NCBI GenBank assembly: GCA_013425335.1
Contig: JACCLG010000050.1
Location: 17,532-81,531, forward strand
Reading direction: 5' to 3'
Length of the DNA: 64,000 nt
Source: Candidatus Micrarchaeota archaeon
GTDB taxonomy: Archaea > Micrarchaeota > Micrarchaeia > Burarchaeales > Fermentimicrarchaeaceae
Within the stretch, counting starts at the first letter, position 1. Each line of letters begins with the position of its first letter. The notes under the pieces are model-generated. The model was given only the letters and a program-made list of their open reading frames with translations, was not told the origin of the DNA and searched no databases. Made by a program: the position numbers and the translations under genes. Of the stretch, positions 10,007 to 19,630 are shown in pieces.

Positions 10007-11530
10007 TCACTCGTACTTTTCCAGTATGACCTTCTGCATCTCCACTGCCTCCATAGTTCTTGAAAGCTCAAGCGCCATGGTGAGTTTTGTTTCGCTCTCT
10101 GCAATGATGTCAAACAGCACATCGCCAACCTTCACCTTGTCCCCCTGCTTGACATGCATGTACACCCCGGCACCCTTGCTCTTTGGGGCTCCTGCAGTCC
10201 TGGCGATTCTGGATATAATCCTGTTGTCAACGTGATGTATCCTGCCCTCCTTCTCCGACTTCACCTCTGCCTTGAAGTTGCCAATGGGTATGTCATCCAC
10301 TTTCACCTTCGGGTTCCCGCCCTGGGCCTCTATTATCTCCCTCATCTTCTCCAGCGCCTTTCCGGATTTCAGTATGTCGGTTGCGACTGCATAGCCCTTG
10401 CCCTTCTCCACCTTGCCGCACAGCTCAAGCAGGGCTCCTGCGAGCACCAGCGACTTCTCAGTGAGGTCTGCCGGGCCGTCCCCCTGCAGCACTCTCAGCA
10501 CATCCCTCGCCTCAAGAGCCGGACCTATGCCGTTGCCGATGGGCCCGTTCCCAACAGTTATGTAGCACTCAACCTTCATATTCAGTTTCTTACCAATCTC
10601 CAGGAAATCCTTGGCCAGCCCGTTCGCAATGCGCGTGTCCTCTATCTTCGCACCTCTCCCGACAGGTATGTCTATAACAACGTATTCAGCTCCTACAGAC
10701 TTCTTCTTTGCCAGTATGCTTGCCAGCAGCACTCCTTTCGGGTCAAGTCTCATGGAATTCCTTATCCTTATCAGCTTGTCGTCTGCAGCTGCAAGGTCCA
10801 TTGCTCCTCCCCACACGATGCACCCGTGGGTCTTGAGCACGACATTCTTCATCTCATCAAGCTTGAAAGTCACAGGAGCCAGCACCTCCATTGTATCCGC
10901 GGTGCCTGCAGGAGACGTGATTGACCTTGCCGAGGTTTTCGGTATGTAAAGGCCAGCTGCAGCTATTATCGGGACAAGAATCATTGTAGTCCTGTTCCCT
11001 GCAACCCCGCCTGAGCAGTGCTTATCCACAACCGGGTGCACCCCCAAATCCAGTATGCTTCCTGAACCGACAATTGCATTTGTGAGGTAAACAGTCTCAT
11101 CGTTGCTCAAGCCCCTTATGTACAGAGAAGTAACAAATGAGGCGAGCTCAGTCTCGCTGAGCTTGTTCTCCATAATTTCGTCTATGACAGTCTTTATCTC
11201 CTCATCCCCCAGGCTCCCCCCGTCCATTTTCTTCTTTATAATCTCAATTGAGGCAGGGTTGCTTGTTATGCTCACCTCAATCATGTCGCCTCTCTTCGCG
11301 CCTATGCCGCAGGAAGTGTCTGAAAAAAGCCCTATCTCCCCCCTTTTCACAAGCGTGTCGCTGGAGTCGACAATTGCGGTGCATCTCTTCTCCCCGTTCT
11401 TCAGCGAAACCCTGTCCCCTATAATCATATCCATATCATGTGCCTCATCCTCATTGAGCACGACAATATCCTTCCCGGTCTCAATGTCAAATGTCCTGGC
11501 TTTCAGAACATAGCTTCCTTTCTCAACCAT
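10007..11530 (-). CDS. AMP phosphorylase (thymidine phosphorylase family, archaeal DeoA-like)
   Basis: 507 aa; pyrimidine-nucleoside phosphorylase family motifs (HCSGGVAGNRTT, GAMDLAAADDKL); length and N-terminal extension typical of archaeal AMPpase. Confidence 0.8.
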   Translation of the reverse strand: MVEKGSYVLKARTFDIETGKDIVVLNEDEAHDMDMIIGDRVSLKNGEKRCTAIVDSSDTLVKRGEIGLFSDTSCGIGAKRGDMIEVSITSNPASIEIIKKKMDGGSLGDEEIKTVIDEIMENKLSETELASFVTSLYIRGLSNDETVYLTNAIVGSGSILDLGVHPVVDKHCSGGVAGNRTTMILVPIIAAAGLYIPKTSARSITSPAGTADTMEVLAPVTFKLDEMKNVVLKTHGCIVWGGAMDLAAADDKLIRIRNSMRLDPKGVLLASILAKKKSVGAEYVVIDIPVGRGAKIEDTRIANGLAKDFLEIGKKLNMKVECYITVGNGPIGNGIGPALEARDVLRVLQGDGPADLTEKSLVLAGALLELCGKVEKGKGYAVATDILKSGKALEKMREIIEAQGGNPKVKVDDIPIGNFKAEVKSEKEGRIHHVDNRIISRIARTAGAPKSKGAGVYMHVKQGDKVKVGDVLFDIIAESETKLTMALELSRTMEAVEMQKVILEKYE

Positions 11531-11538
11531 GCTACCAC

Positions 11539-12459
11539 CTAGTACAACTTTTCAATTCCTTCCCTCATGACAACATTCAGCAGGCTTTGCGGGGTTATGA
11601 CACCCATCTCGGTTATGTAAGCAGTAAGGTATCTTGCAGGGGTGACGTCAAATGCCGGGTTCCTCACCTCAACTCCCTTCAGCTTCTTTGGGTTTGTTAT
11701 CTCCTCAGGGCTCCTCTCCTCTATCCTCTCAATTCCGCCCCACAGGGTGAGGGGGTCGAACTTAAAGGTCTCCGCAGCAGAGTACATCCCTACACCATGC
11801 TCATGGGCTATCATTGCAATTCCGCATGTGCCAATCTTGTTGATTAAGTCCCCTTTTGCAGTTATTGCATCTGCCCCAACCACAACAGCATCAACATCCT
11901 TCATGAAATGGCTCACTGCAGAGTCGACTATGAGGGTGACCTTCAAGCCTGCCCTGCTGAGCTCTTTTGCCGTAATCAAACCTTGGAATCTGGGCCTCGT
12001 CTCGGTGCATATCACCTCCATGCCCTTGCTCAGCTCATTTGCCCTTTCAAGTATAGACACCACAGAGCTGCTGTGGCAGTGAGTGAGTATCACAGAGCTT
12101 CCTGAGAGCTCCCTTCCCCCGTACTCGGCTATCCTCTCCTCATCCCTCTTCATCCTCCTGAAATACTCCAGCTCCTCCTTTTCAACAAGCTTCCTGAGCT
12201 CTACAACGTCCCCCTTGCTCCTCCTCATGTGCGCAAAAAGAGCTCTCAGAGCATTTCTGAGCATGGGCTCTGTAGGCCTTGCTGAAGCCAGCTCGTCAGC
12301 TGCAACAAGGAACTCATTCACAAGCTCCTCCCTGCTTTCTGCCTTGGATTTTCTGGCAATGACGCCCATTGCTGCCATTGCCGCCTTTGCGACATTCCTG
12401 GCTCCCTGTATCCTGAGCCTCTTTATATCCTTTCTTATCCTCTCAACCTCTCTCTGCAA
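11539..12459 (-). CDS. Ribose-1,5-bisphosphate isomerase (eIF-2B alpha/beta/delta-like, e2b2 family)
   Basis: e2b2 family features (ILTHCHSSSV, GADAITAKGDLINKIGT); directly downstream of AMP phosphorylase, as in the archaeal AMP salvage pathway. Confidence 0.75.
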   Translation of the reverse strand: MQREVERIRKDIKRLRIQGARNVAKAAMAAMGVIARKSKAESREELVNEFLVAADELASARPTEPMLRNALRALFAHMRRSKGDVVELRKLVEKEELEYFRRMKRDEERIAEYGGRELSGSSVILTHCHSSSVVSILERANELSKGMEVICTETRPRFQGLITAKELSRAGLKVTLIVDSAVSHFMKDVDAVVVGADAITAKGDLINKIGTCGIAMIAHEHGVGMYSAAETFKFDPLTLWGGIERIEERSPEEITNPKKLKGVEVRNPAFDVTPARYLTAYITEMGVITPQSLLNVVMREGIEKLY

Positions 12460-12504
12460 ATTACCACCGTTGAATAAAATTATGCCTGCGCTATTTAAAA
12501 ATTA

Positions 12505-12708
12505 AGGGGCTTTGCGCATCTGTTTTATGAATTTTTTATATTCTTTTTCATCATCAAAAATTATGGGCATGGCCTTCTTCTTGCATCTCTCGCAGTAGTA
12601 CATTCCCGACATTTCAGATGCGCCCGGGACTCCTCCCTCACGCAGCGAAAATGCCCTTATCCTCAGGCTGCCGCATCTGGGGCATGCCCTTATTCTCCTG
12701 TCGCTCAT
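12505..12708 (-). CDS. Small zinc-ribbon protein (68 aa)
   Basis: CPRCGS...CERCKKK CxxC pairs. Confidence 0.5.
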
Positions 12709-12776
12709 AAACAGCTCCTTCGTTATTGTATTTTACCACAATATTCTTAAGCTATAAAATTAAAAATACTGATGCA

Positions 12777-13514
12777 ATGGCAATAAAGGTTCAAGCAGCC
12801 CTGGAATCAGAAGCCACTTATGCAGAATTTGTAATGAAGAGAAAAGATGATGAGTGGAGCGGCACAGCTGAAGAAAAAGTTGAAAAAGAGACTAGAAACA
12901 GAACTTTGAACGTAAAATACGTCAAGGGCGGGGGGGCAGACCTGACTGAAACAACCAGATACCGCAATGCACAGGGAGAGGTAGGGACTGTGGTGAAAAA
13001 GATGCACATCAACCCGGGAGGCAGAGCTGGCTGGGCCGATATTGAATTCATTTTCGGCGGTTGGAAATATCCCATACATATTGAAGTGCAGAAAGAGGAC
13101 GAGCGCATTGACAAGTCATCGCCTGACATAGTGAAAACTGACTTCGGCACTAAAAAAATAGAGGGCAGAACTAAACTCTTTAGTGGGAAAGGGACTATTC
13201 TCGGCTCCCAGCAGGATTCAATATACGCCACTCTGTCAAACAAGGACAACCTAATCTGCTACACAGAGACAATTGATGGGGCCATAAGCGCAACCAGGAT
13301 AACCATTCATCTGGAAAGGCGGTATAATCATGAGAGCAAGGCACTTGAATCAATCTCAGCCGACATATCAGTGGCTGACGGCGTTGCAAAACTTGCGCTT
13401 GATGCATCCCTGCATATTGATTCTGAGAAAGACAAATTTCTTAACTTCCTTTCCCAGCAGCCGGTTGACAGCTGGAGGAGGGAGATGGAGCTGAGGACGG
13501 GAAATCTTGGGTGA
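12777..13514 (+). CDS. Hypothetical protein (about 246 aa)
   Basis: ORF 12726..13514; start moved to ATG 12777 (MAIKVQ), located about 25 nt downstream of a TATA-like 'ctataaaatt', which suggests a leaderless mRNA. Confidence 0.5.
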   Translation: MAIKVQAALESEATYAEFVMKRKDDEWSGTAEEKVEKETRNRTLNVKYVKGGGADLTETTRYRNAQGEVGTVVKKMHINPGGRAGWADIEFIFGGWKYPIHIEVQKEDERIDKSSPDIVKTDFGTKKIEGRTKLFSGKGTILGSQQDSIYATLSNKDNLICYTETIDGAISATRITIHLERRYNHESKALESISADISVADGVAKLALDASLHIDSEKDKFLNFLSQQPVDSWRREMELRTGNLG

Positions 13515-13571
13515 AAACCGAAAGCATATAAAGCTTAATATATTAAAAGTTGTATCACAAGAGGGGATACT

Positions 13572-14633
13572 TTGATTGAGCAAAATTTTGTTTCTAAGGA
13601 TGATGAGGAGCTGCTGAAGTTCATAGAGAGCTCAGCTCCCAAAATCTATGTGGTTGGGACAGGAGGCGGAGGCTGCAACACGCTCAACAGGATATTCGAG
13701 GTGGGGATAGAGGGTGCGTCGGTCATAGCAATGAATACGGATGCCCACCACCTTGTCAAGACGAGGGCGGACAAGAAGCTTCTGCTTGGGAAGAACACCA
13801 CAAAGGGATTGGGAGCAGGCAGCAACCCAACAGTCGGTGAGGAGGCTGCAAAGGAGAGCAAGGATGAGATTGCCAAGATTATACAAAACGCACAGATGGT
13901 TTTTGTGACATGCGGGCTTGGAGGAGGCACCGGCACGGGAAGCGCCCACATAATAGCCGAGCAGGCAAAGAACGTTGGTGCTCTAACCATTGCTGTGGTT
14001 ACGCTGCCCTTCCTCTCCGAGGGAAAGGTGAGGAGGGCCAATGCTCTGGAAGGGTTGAACAAGCTCAAGAGGCAGGTTGACACTGTCATAGTCATACCGA
14101 ACGACAAGCTGCTCGCCATAGTGCCCGACTTGCCGCTCAATACTGCTTTCAAGGTTGCAGATGAGGTGCTTGCAAGCTCTGTGAAGGGCATAACCTCGCT
14201 TGTCACGAAGGTCGGGCTGGTGAACCTGGATTTTGCAGATTTGAAGACTATTCTCAAGGATGCCGGCTGTGCAGTGATAGGGTTCGGCGAGTCAGCTGCC
14301 AATGCAAAGCCTGATGAGAGGGCGGTAACTGCCGTTGAAAATGCGCTGAACAGCCCGCTGCTTGACACGGACATCTCCGAGGCAAACAAGGCCCTGGTCA
14401 ACGTCACAGGAGGGGCGGATATGACCCTGCGCGAGGCTGAGCTCATCATAGAGGAGATTTCAAAGAGGATTCACCCGAATTCTCACATCATATGGGGCGC
14501 CCGCATAGAGCCTGAGACGAACAAATCAACCCTGAAGGTTCTCGTAGTTATCGCCGGGGCAAAGCTTCCCAATTACGATAAAATCGATGTTAAGACAGAG
14601 TCTCCTGAAATAGACCTTGACTCCATAATATAG
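13572..14633 (+). CDS. ftsZ: Cell division GTPase FtsZ
   Basis: Tubulin/FtsZ signature GGGTGTG and N-terminal GTGGGGCN; TTG start in ORF track. Confidence 0.9.
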   Translation: MIEQNFVSKDDEELLKFIESSAPKIYVVGTGGGGCNTLNRIFEVGIEGASVIAMNTDAHHLVKTRADKKLLLGKNTTKGLGAGSNPTVGEEAAKESKDEIAKIIQNAQMVFVTCGLGGGTGTGSAHIIAEQAKNVGALTIAVVTLPFLSEGKVRRANALEGLNKLKRQVDTVIVIPNDKLLAIVPDLPLNTAFKVADEVLASSVKGITSLVTKVGLVNLDFADLKTILKDAGCAVIGFGESAANAKPDERAVTAVENALNSPLLDTDISEANKALVNVTGGADMTLREAELIIEEISKRIHPNSHIIWGARIEPETNKSTLKVLVVIAGAKLPNYDKIDVKTESPEIDLDSII

Positions 14634-14641
14634 GTGCTTGC

Positions 14642-14833
14642 ATGTCCGTATTAGACCAGGCAAAAGAATTCATACAGAAGGCAATGAGGGTGCTCAGGGT
14701 ATCCTACAGGCCTACCTCTGACGAGTTCTACACCACGCTAAAGATTACCGGGCTGGGCATGATACTCATAGGCATGGTTGGTTATGTTCTGACCATCATA
14801 TTCGGCTTTCTTGAAAAGGGTGGAAAATCTTGA
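14642..14833 (+). CDS. secE: Protein translocase subunit SecE/Sec61-gamma
   Basis: 63 aa, single C-terminal TM; sits between ftsZ and nusG in conserved order secE-nusG-L11. Confidence 0.75.
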   Translation: MSVLDQAKEFIQKAMRVLRVSYRPTSDEFYTTLKITGLGMILIGMVGYVLTIIFGFLEKGGKS

Positions 14834-15270
14834 TATTTGTATACCGCGTGACAGCAGGGCAGGAGAAAGTGGTAGTTGATGTGCTGAGGAATAAGCTAAG
14901 GAAGGACAACCTGCCAATATATGCAATTGCGCTCCTCGAGGACATGAGGGGCTACCTAATACTTGAGGCAGAGGACGAGGTTGTTGCAAGGCAGGCAGCC
15001 ATGAGGATACCGCACATAAAAGGGGTGCTGGCAAAGAGCATGGGCATAGAAGAGATAGCCCCGCTCATTGAGACGAGGACGACAAAGCTGCAGATAGCCA
15101 AAGGAGACGTGGTTGAGCTCGTAAGCGGGCCGTTCAAGGGTGAAAAGGCGAGGATAATAAAGATAGACGAATCAAAGGATGAGGTGACTGTCGAGCTGCT
15201 TGAAGTCGCAGTCCCGATTCCTGTCACTATAAAGATAAACATTGTCAAGGTATACCAGAAAGCGGAGTGA
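14830..15270 (+). CDS. nusG: Transcription elongation factor Spt5/NusG (NGN + KOW)
   Basis: 146 aa, NGN domain followed by KOW motif (GDVVELVSGPFKGEKARI); 4-nt overlap with secE. Confidence 0.85.
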   Translation: MIFVYRVTAGQEKVVVDVLRNKLRKDNLPIYAIALLEDMRGYLILEAEDEVVARQAAMRIPHIKGVLAKSMGIEEIAPLIETRTTKLQIAKGDVVELVSGPFKGEKARIIKIDESKDEVTVELLEVAVPIPVTIKINIVKVYQKAE

Positions 15271-15271
15271 G

Positions 15272-15757
15272 GTGTTCAAATTGGACAAGATAACCGTGCA
15301 GGCGCTTGTTGACGGAGGAAAGGCAACTCCAGGCGCTCCTTTAGGACCGACTCTCGGGCCTCTCGGCGTTAACATAGGGCAGATTGTTGCAACTATAAAC
15401 GAGAAAACAAAGAACTTTGAAGGGATGAAAATCCCTGTGAAAGTTATTGTTGACAAGGACAGCAAGACTTTTGAAATTGAGGTTGGAACCCCGCCCGCCA
15501 GCGCGCTCATAAAGAAGGAGCTGGGCATAGCGCTCGGTGCAAAGGCAAAAGGCGAAATTGTGGGGAATCTCACCATGGAGCAGGCTGTGAAGGTTGCAAA
15601 GATGAAGGGAGAGGTGAGCCTTGCCAAGGGCCTGAAGGCAACTGTGAACGAGATTCTTGGGACATGCGTCAGCATGGGAGTCACCTGCGAAGGCAAGAGC
15701 CCCAAGGAAGTCATAAAGGAAGTGAATGAGGGAAAGCACGACAAGCTTCTTTCCTAA
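15272..15757 (+). CDS. rpl11: 50S ribosomal protein L11
   Basis: L11 signature VDGGKATPGAPLGPTLGPLGVNI; GTG 15272 or TTG 15281 is the probable start, whereas the ORF-track TTG 15242 would overlap nusG. Confidence 0.85.
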   Translation: MFKLDKITVQALVDGGKATPGAPLGPTLGPLGVNIGQIVATINEKTKNFEGMKIPVKVIVDKDSKTFEIEVGTPPASALIKKELGIALGAKAKGEIVGNLTMEQAVKVAKMKGEVSLAKGLKATVNEILGTCVSMGVTCEGKSPKEVIKEVNEGKHDKLLS

Positions 15758-16476
15758 ACCTTCTTCTCTGCAACTAGGAACCAGTCACGCAGTAGGAGCG
15801 ACTGCCCGCCGACAATCGCATTTGCAGTTTCATGCCTCCACTCTTTGACTGTGAAGTTTTTCTCCAGCAGCTTTTTATAATTCTCAAAATCTTCATAATC
15901 AAAGAAGTTTCTCGGGAGTCCGCTCAGGCCATCTCTTTCAAAGCCGACAAGCATGACTGTTTTTGAAGATTTAAACTGCTTAATTCCGAGCTCGTATAAA
16001 TCGCTCTTAGTGGAGGGGAATGCTGCAATGAGAACTCCTCCATTTTTGAGAACCCTCTCTATCTCACTGAGGCATTTTTCCACGTCATCTCTCTTGAGGA
16101 ATGAGACAGTTCTGAAAAATATTGCCCCGTCAAAGCTCCCATCCTTGTATGGCAGATTCACAGCATCCGCTATAATCTGCTCCCCCTTCAGGTCATGCTC
16201 CTTCTTCTCCTCCTTTATCAGCTCATGAACTTTTTTTGAAAAATCAAGAGGAGTCACCTCAATCCCCCTTGCGGCAAGCGCAATAACGTACTTGCCTGTG
16301 CCGGGCCCTATATCAAGAATTTTCGACCCTTCTTTCAAATATCTCCAGGCAGCTTCCAGGACACAACGGCTCGTGGTGTCCCTGCCGTTTCTCAGCTCGG
16401 CTATTTCATCCCAGCTTTTCCTCACATCAGGGCTTGAGAACCCATCCTCAAAAGAATTTTCCTTCAGCTTTTTCAT
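15754..16476 (-). CDS. Class I SAM-dependent methyltransferase
   Basis: SAM motif I ILDIGPGTGKY, post-I acidic residue, motif II. Confidence 0.7.
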   Translation of the reverse strand: MKKLKENSFEDGFSSPDVRKSWDEIAELRNGRDTTSRCVLEAAWRYLKEGSKILDIGPGTGKYVIALAARGIEVTPLDFSKKVHELIKEEKKEHDLKGEQIIADAVNLPYKDGSFDGAIFFRTVSFLKRDDVEKCLSEIERVLKNGGVLIAAFPSTKSDLYELGIKQFKSSKTVMLVGFERDGLSGLPRNFFDYEDFENYKKLLEKNFTVKEWRHETANAIVGGQSLLLRDWFLVAEKKV

Positions 16477-16559
16477 GCTCTAATTCTGGATTTTTAAGTA
16501 TAAAAAGCATCCTGAAATCATCAGTATATTTATATTAACAACTTCTATAATGAATTGGT

Positions 16560-18236
16560 GTGCCAATGAGGAAGCTTTTCTTAATACTGCTCTTAATGCC
16601 TCTTCTGGCAGCGCAGCAGTCTGTCGGAAGGGAGGGTCTCAAATGGGTGTTCAGCACAGACGACTACGTCATCTCCTCCCCAGCAGTACACAATGGTGTT
16701 GTATTCTTCGGCTCTGCAGACGGCTACTTTTATGCGCTTAACTCGACAAATGGAACTCCCCTCTGGACATACGGGAGGGTCGGCAGGATACAAACCTCGC
16801 CTGCAGTCTCCGATGAGATGGTCTTCTTCGGCTCAAACGACGGATACCTTTATGCCCTTTTACTCAACGGGACGCTTGCATGGAAGTTCCAGACGGACGA
16901 CATAATTCTCTCCTCTCCAGCCTTGTCAAGCGGCATGGTCTTCTTCGGCTCAAACGATGGATACCTTTATGCCCTTTTACTCAACGGGACGCTTGCATGG
17001 AAGTTCCAGACAGGTAACAAAATAATATCCAGCCCCGCGTATGATTACGGGCTCCTTTACTTCGGCTCCACAGACGGCACCTTGTACGCATTTGACCCGT
17101 ATGCTGGAAGGATGCTGTGGAACTACACCGGAGAGGCGGCATTTGCCTCGTCACCCATAACATCAAACTGGATTGTGTACGCTGGCTCTGATGACGGCAC
17201 TCTCTACGCCTTCAATGCTTTCAATGGGACAGTTGTCTGGAAGCAGAAATACCCCGGCAAAATCCAGTCCAACTTTGCAATTTCGCCAAGTAACATATTG
17301 TATTTCTCCTGCAAGGACGGCAACATATATGCAGTCTACGCAGCCGACGGCAGCAAGTCCTGGAACATAACCACCGGAACTGAGGCGCAGTCGTCAGTGC
17401 ACTACGATGCCGACTCCGGCTTCAGCTATTTTGGAACCAGCGACAATAATCTCTACGCTGCGGATCCCCAGGGCCATATAGCATGGAGATTTGAAACAGG
17501 CAACTGGGTCATCTCAACCCCTCTCGATTACCGCGGAATACTTTATGTCGGCTCCTATGACGGGAATCTCTACGCCATATCTACAATACGCACCAGCTTC
17601 GCCTACAGCGAGATGAACGTCACCGGTCCTTTCGCTTCCATCAACGGCACATCCTACGCAGATACGGGCGTAAAATACGTTCAGGTCAGGTTCAACGAGG
17701 GGGAGTGGGAGAATGCCAGCGGGACAACGAGCTGGAGCTACACATGGAATGCATCCTCATTTAAGAACGGCGGGTATACCTTTGAGGCAAGAAGCATTGA
17801 CAATCTCAGCAATGCTGAGCTTCCGCCGTATTCCAGCTCCCTTGTCCGGCTCCAAAGCGTTGTCAGGAAGGAGATGATAGTATCGTATACCGCAACAGCC
17901 GTGGTTGGGCTGCCCATAAAGTTTGAAGTTAATGACAGTGACGGAAACCCAGTGCCGTATCCTGAAGTGACAATTTTCGGCAAGATATACCTTGGGGACA
18001 AGAACGGGGTTGTTGCCGCTGATGAGAAAGGCAACCCGATAAAATCCGATGCGGAGGGGCAGTTCAACTTCACTGTCAGCAAGCAGGGTTATATAACGCA
18101 GGAACGCACCCTGAAAGTTGAGAAGCTTGTAGACGCGCTTCCATACATTCTGGCTAGCATCGCAGTGCCGCTTGCCATCCTTCTGCCTTTGGCGTATCTG
18201 CTCATAAGGAAGCTGAGTAGCAGGAGGAAGCAATAG
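16560..18236 (+). CDS. PQQ-repeat beta-propeller protein, secreted with C-terminal TM anchor
   Basis: Signal peptide; multiple blades of the form 'FFGSxDGxLYA...G.xxW.F'; C-terminal hydrophobic anchor + RKLSSRRKQ; contains an internal 117-bp tandem duplication. Confidence 0.75.
   Translation: MPMRKLFLILLLMPLLAAQQSVGREGLKWVFSTDDYVISSPAVHNGVVFFGSADGYFYALNSTNGTPLWTYGRVGRIQTSPAVSDEMVFFGSNDGYLYALLLNGTLAWKFQTDDIILSSPALSSGMVFFGSNDGYLYALLLNGTLAWKFQTGNKIISSPAYDYGLLYFGSTDGTLYAFDPYAGRMLWNYTGEAAFASSPITSNWIVYAGSDDGTLYAFNAFNGTVVWKQKYPGKIQSNFAISPSNILYFSCKDGNIYAVYAADGSKSWNITTGTEAQSSVHYDADSGFSYFGTSDNNLYAADPQGHIAWRFETGNWVISTPLDYRGILYVGSYDGNLYAISTIRTSFAYSEMNVTGPFASINGTSYADTGVKYVQVRFNEGEWENASGTTSWSYTWNASSFKNGGYTFEARSIDNLSNAELPPYSSSLVRLQSVVRKEMIVSYTATAVVGLPIKFEVNDSDGNPVPYPEVTIFGKIYLGDKNGVVAADEKGNPIKSDAEGQFNFTVSKQGYITQERTLKVEKLVDALPYILASIAVPLAILLPLAYLLIRKLSSRRKQ
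16818..17051 (+). repeat. 117-bp (39-aa) near-perfect tandem duplication inside the PQQ-repeat gene
   Basis: 16818-16896 and 16935-17013 are identical over about 79 nt except one transition; they encode MVFFGSNDGYLYALLLNGTLAWKFQT twice. Confidence 0.9.
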
Positions 18237-18250
18237 ATTTAGAGGCAAAA

Positions 18251-18284
18251 CAGGTTTAAATAGCAAGTAAGGCATAATTTAGGC
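18251..18284 (+). promoter_or_regulatory. Leaderless core promoter: TATA 'tttaaata' + conserved 'aaggcataatttag' initiator region
   Basis: Same architecture and near-identical motif at 21306-21337, 27901-27935 and 45975-46006, each ending 2-3 nt before the start codon. Confidence 0.55.
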
Positions 18285-18899
18285 ATGGTTGAAAAGGTAA
18301 CGAATTCAACGGAAAAGCGGCTTAGGAATATTCTTAAAGACCGAGAACTGTACGGAGATTATGGTAAGAAGCTGCTTTTGATGGAGGGAGAGAAAAAGCC
18401 GCCTTTTGAAACTGTTGTAAATGCAATTCCTTTTTTTAAGGAGCACGGAGTCAAAAAAATAATAGACATCGGGTGCGGCATTGGCAGGCACTCTCTCCTA
18501 TTTGCAAGGGAAGGGTTTGATGCCACTGCCTTCGACCTTTCGAAGGTAGCGCTTGAGGCAGTAGAGAAAAGAGCCAGGGAGGAGAAGCTTGAAAACGTCC
18601 ACACTCTTCAAGGGGATGCTTGGAAAATTCCAGCTCAGGATGGAGCCTTTGACGCCGCGCTGAGCTTTCGCGTGTTGGATGCACCCTTTTATACGACTGA
18701 GGATAGGAAAGAGGCTATAAAGGAAATGGCAAGGGTTCTAAAGCCAGGCGGTGATGCGTTAGTTGTGCTGGCTTTGCCGAAGAAGGAGTTGGATGAGCTT
18801 CTGGAAACGTTCAAAGACGCCAAACTTCAAGTAACCAGTGTAGCTCTGCCTGCTGAAATATTCGTCGATTTCTGGGTCATTAAAGCTAAGAAAGAATAG
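18285..18899 (+). CDS. Class I SAM-dependent methyltransferase
   Basis: Motif I IIDIGCGIGRHS; leaderless start just after the conserved 'aaggcataatttag' promoter motif. Confidence 0.7.
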   Translation: MVEKVTNSTEKRLRNILKDRELYGDYGKKLLLMEGEKKPPFETVVNAIPFFKEHGVKKIIDIGCGIGRHSLLFAREGFDATAFDLSKVALEAVEKRAREEKLENVHTLQGDAWKIPAQDGAFDAALSFRVLDAPFYTTEDRKEAIKEMARVLKPGGDALVVLALPKKELDELLETFKDAKLQVTSVALPAEIFVDFWVIKAKKE

Positions 18900-18997
18900 C
18901 TTGTTGATTCTCAAAACCACCGATATATTTATATTCCTTACTTGGCATAATCATTCCACTCATTTTCCCGTTTACTGCTCTAAGCAGGAGGGGTGAA
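18900..18997 (+). promoter_or_regulatory. Promoter and long 5' leader of the L1-L10-L12 operon (candidate L1 autoregulatory mRNA site)
   Basis: TATA-like 'tatttata' at about 18926, then an approximately 60-nt leader ending in SD 'ggagggg'; archaeal L1 operons are known to carry an L1-binding 23S-rRNA mimic in the leader. Confidence 0.4.
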
Positions 18998-19630
18998 ATG
19001 GACAGGCAAAAGATATTGGATGCATTGAAAAAGGCTCTAGAAGACAAGGGCAAGAAAAAGTTCACGCAGAGCGTAGAGCTTGCAATTAATTTCAGGGATA
19101 TTGACTTCAACAAGCAGGAGAACAGGCTCAACCTGGAAGTTGTCCTGCCGAAAGGCAAGGGAAGGGAGCAGAAAGTTGCTGTTTTTGCAGATGGGCAGAT
19201 GGCGCTTGAGGCCAAGAAGCTCAATCTCACGCTCATAAGCACTGAGGAGCTGCCGAAACTTGCCGCAGACAAGGCAAGGCTGAAGAGCATGCTCAATTAC
19301 GAATTCCTTGCTCAGCCAAACCTCATGGCAGTTGTTGCAAAGAATCTCGGGCAGGTGCTTGGAATCAAGGGGAAGCTGCCGAGGCCTCTCATGGGAGTGA
19401 AGCTTGAGGAGGCTGTTGAGAGGGCAAAGAAGGTTGTGAGGATAAAGAGCAAGGGCAAGTACCTTCCTGTTGCGCACTGCCTTGTAGGGACAGAAAATAT
19501 GGCTCCTGAGGATATTGCAGACAATATTGAGGCGGTGCTGGATGCTGTAAAGGCAAAGACAGGCGAGCAGAGGATTAAATCAATTTTTGTCAAGCTTACA
19601 ATGGGCAAATCCCAGAAGATTGGTGAATGA
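18998..19630 (+). CDS. rpl1: 50S ribosomal protein L1
   Basis: L1 family sequence; position upstream of L10/L12. Confidence 0.85.
   Translation: MDRQKILDALKKALEDKGKKKFTQSVELAINFRDIDFNKQENRLNLEVVLPKGKGREQKVAVFADGQMALEAKKLNLTLISTEELPKLAADKARLKSMLNYEFLAQPNLMAVVAKNLGQVLGIKGKLPRPLMGVKLEEAVERAKKVVRIKSKGKYLPVAHCLVGTENMAPEDIADNIEAVLDAVKAKTGEQRIKSIFVKLTMGKSQKIGE

Noticed and set aside
13646-14449. 267-aa minus-strand ORF antisense to ftsZ
   Set aside because: Low-complexity Ser/Ala/Thr-rich translation entirely inside the well-supported ftsZ CDS. It is a typical GC-rich antisense ORF artefact.
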